This document shows positions 57,534 through 64,000 of a stretch of DNA of 64,000 nucleotides, one piece after another. Both the position numbers and the translations under genes were made by a program. Origin of the DNA: an uncultured Gammaproteobacteria bacterium (GTDB taxonomy: Bacteria > Patescibacteriota > Patescibacteriia > UBA1558 > 2-01-FULL-52-15); contig CAZFBK010000001.1 of the NCBI GenBank assembly GCA_964517065.1, positions 41,734-105,733 of the forward strand, given 5' to 3'. The notes beneath the pieces are model-generated. The model searched no databases and was not told where the DNA came from. It saw only the letters and a program-made list of their open reading frames with translations. The first letter of the stretch is position 1; the number at the start of each line of letters is the position of its first letter.

Positions 57534-58622
57534 ATGCTCAACAAAAAATTCCAACATGGCAACACCTTCCTACCCTATCTCATCCTCGTCGTCATAGCCG
57601 GACTGGTCACGACCAATCTGTGGCTGTACTTCTGGAATCAGAAAGAGATAACTCCGTCACAACCCCAGTCGGTTGTTACTACAACCGATCCGCTGGCTGG
57701 TTGGCAGACGTATACGAACGGCCAATATGGGTTCAACATTAAATACCCGTCCAACTGGGTGGCCAAAGAAATTCCAAATCAAGAATACGGCGGAGTTGTC
57801 AATTTTTTCCAATCAGGTTCCAAAACATATCCTGAGCAGGGAGGTAGTCAGCCAATTGGGGAAAATTTAGTCACCTTATCTCTATTAAAAAACCCAAATG
57901 ATCTAACCCTACAACAGATATTTAACAACAATTACAATAAGTGTCTGCAGGAACCTAATAACGATTTTGGATGTCCGAGTCCGCAAAACACAGAGTCTTG
58001 GCAAACCATAACTGTTGATGGAGCAAAAGCCTGGCGAACCGGTGATACCGGCATACCTGAGGGACCGGGGGCGGATACGTTGTATATCAAACAAGACGGT
58101 TATTATATCGAGATGACATTAATGTTGTTCGAACCAGTCCGAAAAAATATTGATACAGCCATATTAGATCGAATGATTTCCACCTTCCGCTTCACTGATG
58201 ATATGAGCGATTGGAAGATTTATAAAAATGAGAAGCTCCACTACCAAATACAACTCCCAACTGGCTGGTGGATCAACGAACAAAAAGATTTTACCCAAAT
58301 CCTACCACCATCAATCGAAAAAGAAGTTTTACCTTCTGGAGCTGGCTTTGGAGGTGCGCAAAGTGATCAGCCAATTATAACTATCTCTCGTGTTGTGGAT
58401 CTGGAGCTCGGTGAGACGATGCACAATATTCAAGATGAAAGAAAAATTACGATCGATTCTATTGAGTCAAGCCAAAGGCAAGAGAATGGAAGTTTTGGTA
58501 ATAGTATAAATACCTACATCCCTCTAGGTAAAAACTATATAAAATTTAGCTGGGATTTAATTTCAAAACCTAGTGACCCTGCTCTAGAACAAATCCTCTC
58601 CACCTTCAAATTTATAAAATAA
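57534..58622 (+). CDS. Membrane-anchored protein with two PsbP-like modules
   Basis: WQTYTN.QYGFNIKYP..W ... MISTFRF; second module ends QILSTFKF. Confidence 0.8.
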   Translation: MLNKKFQHGNTFLPYLILVVIAGLVTTNLWLYFWNQKEITPSQPQSVVTTTDPLAGWQTYTNGQYGFNIKYPSNWVAKEIPNQEYGGVVNFFQSGSKTYPEQGGSQPIGENLVTLSLLKNPNDLTLQQIFNNNYNKCLQEPNNDFGCPSPQNTESWQTITVDGAKAWRTGDTGIPEGPGADTLYIKQDGYYIEMTLMLFEPVRKNIDTAILDRMISTFRFTDDMSDWKIYKNEKLHYQIQLPTGWWINEQKDFTQILPPSIEKEVLPSGAGFGGAQSDQPIITISRVVDLELGETMHNIQDERKITIDSIESSQRQENGSFGNSINTYIPLGKNYIKFSWDLISKPSDPALEQILSTFKFIK

Positions 58623-58626
58623 ATCT

Positions 58627-60234
58627 ATGCTCAACAAAAAATTCCAACATGGCAACACCTTCCTCCCCTACCTGACTCTGGTCGTCATCGCCGGACTGGT
58701 CACGACCAATCTGTGGTTGTACTTTTGGGGTCAGAAGGAAATAACTCCTTCACAACCCCAGTCGGTTGTTACGACGATTGATCCACAGGCTGATTGGCAG
58801 ACATATACAAATACTGACTATGGCTTTAGTTTCCAATATCCAGCAGATTGGACTGAAAAAAAAGACAACCTACCAGATTCAATAAAAAAAGATGAGGGAG
58901 GTGTGCCGACTCAAAGCCTTGCATTGTCTACACTTAACGGCGAGACTCAATTTTCTCTTCTAATAGATCCACTCGGTTTTGGTCCTTTCTTTCCAGATAT
59001 GTTTCTAACTGTGGCCAAAAAAAATGGCGGCTTAGCAATAACCCAAAGGCAAAACTCGGAGTCGAATAAAGATAATAAACCGAATGAATATAGTTTAATT
59101 ATTTCTAGCATCGATAACGAGTCGCCTCGGTTTTGGATGTATGCCAGTTCACCAGCAGTCGAAAAAGATAAACTTATAGCTCAGCTAGATAAGCTAATTG
59201 CCACCTTCCGCTTCACTGATGATATGAGTGATTGGAAAACGTATAACACAACTCAATATAGTTTACAATTTAAATTTCCCAGTGACTTAGTTTATCTTGG
59301 TCCTGAAGGAGGCGATTTTATCGGACCATTATCATCACCGAAAGCGATCAAATATGCGCCTGATCTTGTCGTAGGCACACCAGAAAACGAATTAATCTTT
59401 ACGCTTGATATCATCCCGACTAGCGACAATGATGGTAATTTTTATGTGCTTAATCACATCCAACAAGTCTTCTCTAGAGATACATCAAAATATAGCAAAT
59501 CAACTGTCTCAATTGATAATATTGCATACGATAAATATAGCCGCCTACAGAATCGACAACCTGATAATCATACACAGATAAAGGATGTTTACATTACCTC
59601 CCAGAATGGTTTTACTTATATAATAACGTTGTACGGCCTGCAGATTGGAGAAAAAATCCTCTCCACCTTCCGCTTCACTGATGAACCCGTCATAAAAATT
59701 CCTGATGATTGGAAAAACTATACTGACAGCCAAGTAGGCTTTTCATTTGCTTATCCAAATCCCTGGAAACTCACAACCGAAAATGGAGACCCGTCCGTTA
59801 TTGCCAGTCTCTTTTATCAACCAATCGAAGAGGCCTATAACTTAGATGGCGGTATTAGCGTCTATGTCCGTATTCATGAAAGTAATGGCTTATCTTTGGC
59901 AGACTGGTTTCATAAAAATGCTGAATATTCTAAAGAGAAAATTCAGCAACGTGTTGACTATATGAAACTAGAGGGCAGCGGTTCACTAATAGCTTCTGAT
60001 ATCATCACTAATTTCCAGAATATTACTATTGACTCAACGCCGGCAATCGCTCAGTACACCAAAGAGCTAAAACCAACCTATATTGAAGGCGGAGCTTCCA
60101 CGCGTAAGGAATATTATTTCAAGAAAGGTGATAAAATAATTTCTATTATCGGGCAAACCTCCACCGGGTCTCAAGCCCAAGGGATGCTAAACCTTTTTGA
60201 TCAATTCGTCGCCACCTTCAAATTCAATAAATAA
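58627..60234 (+). CDS. Membrane-anchored protein with three PsbP-like modules
   Basis: N-terminal ~50 aa nearly identical to the previous gene; three modules. Confidence 0.8.
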   Translation: MLNKKFQHGNTFLPYLTLVVIAGLVTTNLWLYFWGQKEITPSQPQSVVTTIDPQADWQTYTNTDYGFSFQYPADWTEKKDNLPDSIKKDEGGVPTQSLALSTLNGETQFSLLIDPLGFGPFFPDMFLTVAKKNGGLAITQRQNSESNKDNKPNEYSLIISSIDNESPRFWMYASSPAVEKDKLIAQLDKLIATFRFTDDMSDWKTYNTTQYSLQFKFPSDLVYLGPEGGDFIGPLSSPKAIKYAPDLVVGTPENELIFTLDIIPTSDNDGNFYVLNHIQQVFSRDTSKYSKSTVSIDNIAYDKYSRLQNRQPDNHTQIKDVYITSQNGFTYIITLYGLQIGEKILSTFRFTDEPVIKIPDDWKNYTDSQVGFSFAYPNPWKLTTENGDPSVIASLFYQPIEEAYNLDGGISVYVRIHESNGLSLADWFHKNAEYSKEKIQQRVDYMKLEGSGSLIASDIITNFQNITIDSTPAIAQYTKELKPTYIEGGASTRKEYYFKKGDKIISIIGQTSTGSQAQGMLNLFDQFVATFKFNK

Positions 60235-60244
60235 TTCAAAAGAC

Positions 60245-61369
60245 ATGACAACAAAAACTATAGCCACCATCGTGATCTGTGGCATCCTGATCGTAGTCGG
60301 TCTCGCTTGGAGTCACGTGCCACCGTTTAAGGGCTTGATACCAACTACTGCCCCAACTCCGCAGCCAACAAATACCGTGAATGAGGTTATTCCAAACAAT
60401 AAACCGGCCACTGGTAAAATTATCCCCGAAACCTACACCAGCACCTCTCTTGGTTTCTCCATCCAGCATCCTGTTGGTTGGAAGGTTGACGATACCTCTA
60501 CACCAAATAAAGTTTGGTTCAACCCAGTAGAAACAGAAGCTGTTGATAGTATAGAAGTCGAGAATGGCACACTGACCAGTTGGCTCAAAGCGTTCGAAAA
60601 CGATATCTCAACTCAAACTGATCTAACGGTAGATGGCTACCCAGCTAAGCAGATTGATCTGAACAGTTTTAATCTGCAAATGACTGCTGTCGAGAAAGAC
60701 GGAAAGCTCTACGTCATCACATCCAATCGGGATATTAAAAAATTGGGACTTGCCTCAACCTTTAGGTTCACATATGCTACCCCACCCTACACGTACTCCG
60801 TCGTACAATTCGTTAATTCTAAACCTTCCCCAGGCTCAGCAGATACCAAGCTTGTCAGATCTGACAACACAGTGATTATTCCTAGCTTACGGCAAGCTTC
60901 AGGTGTATATTTAGATGCTTTCAGTCTACCAACTCAAGGCGACCAGCTCTACTTTAGGTCTGCCCTTCCAGAATCAGACAACGCTGCTGGACAAATATAC
61001 TCCTACAGTTTAACCGAGAAAAAATTTACAAAGCTCAAAAACCTGAACTCACTCTTTAGTGGCTGGGGCGGTGTAAAAATCAACCCTAATGGCTATATGA
61101 TAGCTTTTGTCCGTGATACCTACTTCGAAAACCCAGTTGCTGGTTTGGATCAGAAACTATATATATTTGACCTCGGCCAAGATACATTGATAAAGACAAT
61201 CACTCTATCTGGAACTGAAACTTTTAATTCTGGTTACGGTGCTCTATCGAGCGACTATTATCTCAAATGGGTTGATCAAAACACCCTAGAATATAAGGTC
61301 TATAAAAACTCTACCCCTGAGAAAGAAAAAGCAATAATACGAACAGAGCAATACACATTATTCGATTAA
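60245..61369 (+). CDS. Membrane-anchored protein: PsbP-like module plus propeller-like C-terminus
   Basis: TY.S..LGFSI.HP.GW ... STFRF; likely start MTTK at 60245. Confidence 0.75.
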   Translation: MTTKTIATIVICGILIVVGLAWSHVPPFKGLIPTTAPTPQPTNTVNEVIPNNKPATGKIIPETYTSTSLGFSIQHPVGWKVDDTSTPNKVWFNPVETEAVDSIEVENGTLTSWLKAFENDISTQTDLTVDGYPAKQIDLNSFNLQMTAVEKDGKLYVITSNRDIKKLGLASTFRFTYATPPYTYSVVQFVNSKPSPGSADTKLVRSDNTVIIPSLRQASGVYLDAFSLPTQGDQLYFRSALPESDNAAGQIYSYSLTEKKFTKLKNLNSLFSGWGGVKINPNGYMIAFVRDTYFENPVAGLDQKLYIFDLGQDTLIKTITLSGTETFNSGYGALSSDYYLKWVDQNTLEYKVYKNSTPEKEKAIIRTEQYTLFD

Positions 61370-61378
61370 AGAAATTCT

Positions 61379-61413
61379 AAAAGGCGCCGTCGTGCTGACG
61401 AGCGCCTTTTTTT
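61379..61413. terminator. Bidirectional terminator
   Basis: AAAAGGCGC CGTC...GACG A GCGCCTTTTTTT. Confidence 0.8.
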
Positions 61414-61427
61414 GTTCTTTCCCTCCT

Positions 61428-61931
61428 CTAACATTGAAGTGGTCGCGTGAGCTGGCTGATGCGAACTGTGTCAGCCGTGGTCAGAGGCGTGCATCCCTGA
61501 AGCCAATCCAGATCAAGACACAGTCCAGTCAGATCCACGCGCGAAACTGCCGGAGTTGAGACCAACATCTCAAAGGCGGATATTCTGCCTTGAAACTCGG
61601 CCTTGGAATACAGTGAATCCGCCCTGATCTCGAGTTCCATAACTCGTTTCAGGAGAATACGTGCAAAACCGACAGACACATGCGAAGCATCAGCGACCAG
61701 CAGCCCATGAGCCAGCAAACCCTGCTGGACAATAACCCCCAGTGAGCTGTATTCGTGGTCATCTACCTGACAAACATGACATCGCGGGAAACAAAATCCC
61801 CACCGGTGACGCTTCGGCTGTGACGCCAATTCCTTCCTTCGCGCTTTGGCTCGCTCCGCCATTGCCTGCAACACTCGCGCAGCTCGCTGTGTGACGGCTT
61901 TACGTCTTCTCTCCTGCAACCTATGCGGCAA
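61428..61931 (-). CDS. Orphan hypothetical protein with Cys/His cluster
   Basis: GAGGAGG SD before TTG 61931; H.W..C..RC.VC. Confidence 0.5.
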   Translation of the reverse strand: MPHRLQERRRKAVTQRAARVLQAMAERAKARRKELASQPKRHRWGFCFPRCHVCQVDDHEYSSLGVIVQQGLLAHGLLVADASHVSVGFARILLKRVMELEIRADSLYSKAEFQGRISAFEMLVSTPAVSRVDLTGLCLDLDWLQGCTPLTTADTVRISQLTRPLQC

Positions 61932-62086
61932 ACCCACCTCCTCGTTAGAATACAAATAACATATAACGATTCATTTAAGCACTATGAACATGCTGTGTCA
62001 ATTAATTATCTCTACTTTGACAAACTTACTACCTTTGCTCGGGTAACAATGGCACCTAGAAACGGGTGGCCAGAAGGGAGGTTGCC

Positions 62087-62416
62087 ATGGACCATGGTAA
62101 TCTTGCAGTGGTAGATCAGGGAAAGTTCCCTGAACGCATCTGTGCTCATGGTAATTGCTACCAGCACGATCCGGTGATGAAGCGAATCGGTGAAAAACAA
62201 CAGCTTCCCAACCCAACGTTCTTTGGACTGCTCACCGTCTTTCTGTTCTGGCGACACTGCGGTCGTCCGTTGAGACGATACAAAATCGTACAACGTTACC
62301 AATGCCAGAAATGCGGTCGGATTGAGGATCAAGTCGACAATGATCGTTTGGGTGTCTGTCAGTGCTGTGGATACCATACGACCGTTCCTCGATACAACCC
62401 AGGACCGCGCGGATAA
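62087..62416 (+). CDS. Orphan zinc-ribbon protein
   Basis: GGGAGG SD before ATG 62087; HCG, CQKCG, CQCCG; terminator downstream. Confidence 0.6.
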   Translation: MDHGNLAVVDQGKFPERICAHGNCYQHDPVMKRIGEKQQLPNPTFFGLLTVFLFWRHCGRPLRRYKIVQRYQCQKCGRIEDQVDNDRLGVCQCCGYHTTVPRYNPGPRG

Positions 62417-62437
62417 TCAATTCAACAACCCTACTCA

Positions 62438-62475
62438 GAGCCGCGAGAGATTACTCTCGCGGCTCATTCTTTTTT
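62438..62475 (+). terminator. Intrinsic terminator
   Basis: GAGCCGCGAGAG-ATTA-CTCTCGCGGCTC then T-tract. Confidence 0.8.
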
Positions 62476-62545
62476 AAATCTTTAAAAAACGGCTCTCCCT
62501 CATAAAAGAGTGGAGCAAAACAACATTTTACTAATGAATATATTA

Positions 62546-63664
62546 CTAAAGTTTCAGAACAATTAATCCGTTCTGATCATTAGCTAAATACGTATATCCA
62601 TTATGAACTGCTACGCCCCACGTATAGCCTGGGAAACCAGCTCCCTGCTTGAGATCCTGAATCTTATCTCCGCTAATATCATATTTACTGACTCCACCGC
62701 TGGAACGCATAAAGGCAGTTTCCCCAACCAAAACTCCAGCATCCATTCCGATAAACGGTCTGTCTTCCGTATATTCGGTAGCCAAAACTTTCGGTACTTC
62801 CTGTTTGGTGACATCCAAAATCGTTAACCCTAGACCTTCCTTATCTGCAACATACAATTTATTGCCACGAGCCACCACACCTTCAGGATACCCTTTGGTG
62901 TCATACGCGCCTTTATAGTTGGGGTTTCTGGGATTAGAAACATCCAAGATGAGCACTCCGGGCATTCCACTAGCTATATAGAGATATTCTCCCACCATAG
63001 CCATCTCCCGCATATTCGTTGAAGGATCAGGATGTGTGTATTGAGCAATCTCCGTGGGGGATGCAGGATTAGAAATATCCAGGACATGAAGTATCGGTGT
63101 GTCTAGTAGAAAAAGTGTATTTCCATGAACGTAACTTGGACCAACCGTCAACAAGCCAAAATTTTTATCACCTTGAAATCTTCCTATTTCTTTTGGTGTA
63201 GTTCGGTCATTAATATCATAGATGCGGAAATCCGGCTTGTACGGGAGACCACCAATGCCAACATATGCCCGATTGCCGAACAACAGGATAGAATCAACCG
63301 TTGAATCAACCTTAACATAGCCAACTGGCGTCGGCAGTTTTGGATCACTAATATCTAAAATACGGAATCCACTATGATCATCAACAATATAAGCGTAGTC
63401 ATCTATGATAGATACCAGGCTGACCCCTGGCTTGGCATAGCGACCCACCACAGGCGTTTTGGGATCATAGGTAAGACTGGTAATAGTGGCAGGATCATAA
63501 GGTGTCGGTAATCCAAACGATTGAGTTGTTTTTTCAGGCTGCGTTATTAGTGGACCGTTATCAGGAAATGGACTGCCTTTCATGCTCGAAAAATACTGAT
63601 AACCAAAAAACCCTCCAATGCCCAGAATCAAGAGCGCTACTATAGATAAAATTATATTTTTCAT
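62546..63664 (-). CDS. Membrane-anchored LVIVD-repeat protein
   Basis: GFRILDISDP..P, LHVLDISNP..P, GVLILDVSNP..P repeats after an N-terminal TM. Confidence 0.88.
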   Translation of the reverse strand: MKNIILSIVALLILGIGGFFGYQYFSSMKGSPFPDNGPLITQPEKTTQSFGLPTPYDPATITSLTYDPKTPVVGRYAKPGVSLVSIIDDYAYIVDDHSGFRILDISDPKLPTPVGYVKVDSTVDSILLFGNRAYVGIGGLPYKPDFRIYDINDRTTPKEIGRFQGDKNFGLLTVGPSYVHGNTLFLLDTPILHVLDISNPASPTEIAQYTHPDPSTNMREMAMVGEYLYIASGMPGVLILDVSNPRNPNYKGAYDTKGYPEGVVARGNKLYVADKEGLGLTILDVTKQEVPKVLATEYTEDRPFIGMDAGVLVGETAFMRSSGGVSKYDISGDKIQDLKQGAGFPGYTWGVAVHNGYTYLANDQNGLIVLKL

Positions 63665-63781
63665 CCTATTATTATTTAGTTAGATACCATTACTATAGCA
63701 CAAACCAAATAATTACTATAAAAAAAAAATACCGACTCCCCCTCGTGAGAGAGAGCCGGCCGAGTACAAGCGACGCGTGAT

Positions 63782-64000
63782 CTAGCAGTCAATCGGTGCG
63801 TCAGCCAGAGTTTCCCTGACCAGAATGTAGTCTTCGAGACTCGTGCTGAGCTGCCCGCCGTAACCGGGCCACAGCGCCTTCTGCCAGAAGGTCAGGTGAC
63901 CTTTGCCCCAGCGGAACTCCGTGGCAGCCCACTTCTGAATTGCGACTCTGACACGACGATCTTCAATCATGTTGAACAGCTTACGAGCGGCTTCAGCCTT
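63782..64000 (-). CDS. Partial orphan hypothetical protein (5' end outside the window)
   Basis: Frame open from 64000 to the stop at 63782; hairpin plus U-tract follows at ~63720-63760. Confidence 0.5.
   Translation of the reverse strand, partial: KAEAARKLFNMIEDRRVRVAIQKWAATEFRWGKGHLTFWQKALWPGYGGQLSTSLEDYILVRETLADAPIDC

Noticed and set aside
56009-61369. CRISPR array or DGR suggested by recurring ~37-nt junction repeats
   Set aside because: Repeats are in-frame coding and hundreds of bp apart. No cas or reverse transcriptase gene, and no adenine-specific TR/VR pair was seen.
62012-62420. Minus-strand ORFs 62012-62377 and 62232-62420
   Set aside because: The plus-strand zinc-ribbon ORF has an SD and a downstream terminator and is the better call.
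1-64000. UGA recoding (code 25)
   Set aside because: Conserved genes are intact under code 11, and some end at TGA at the expected position (tsaD, tsaE).

Overview
Chromosomal window from a bacterium using genetic code 11, very likely Patescibacteria/CPR (Parcubacteria-like). This is inferred from gene content: SD-less housekeeping genes, a monoderm-type T4SS-like cluster, giant Cys-rich surface proteins and PsbP-like and LVIVD proteins. From left to right: an operon of paralogous fibre-like surface proteins; lemA-htpX; clpC-comF; a T4SS-like operon (PrgI, VirB4, VirB8-like, DsbA, pilin-peptidase fusion, GT2); an RNA methyltransferase; a VanY-like peptidase; rpsF-ssb-rpsR-efp; a second T4SS-linked block (TSP3 protein, 3066-aa Cys-rich protein, VirB6-like); tsaD-tsaE-tsaC-MFS-rsmA; orphan genes; tRNA-Glu; Hsp20; VanW; DUF3179; a cupredoxin; rpmF-nusB(+Nudix)-rnc; a tandem array of PsbP-like domain proteins; and an LVIVD protein. 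Most notable observations: (1) nine divergent PsbP-like modules separated by near-identical DNA junctions, suggesting cassette shuffling; (2) a REP-type palindrome inserted in frame twice in tsaD and also supplying its stop codon; (3) an unannotated ~130-nt rod-like ncRNA with its own promoter; (4) apparently leaderless core genes contrasting with SD-led, self-contained orphan genes; (5) identical telomere-like G4-forming repeats flanking ssb. No CRISPR, integrase, relaxase or transposase was seen. All product calls come from motif recognition by eye, with no database searches.
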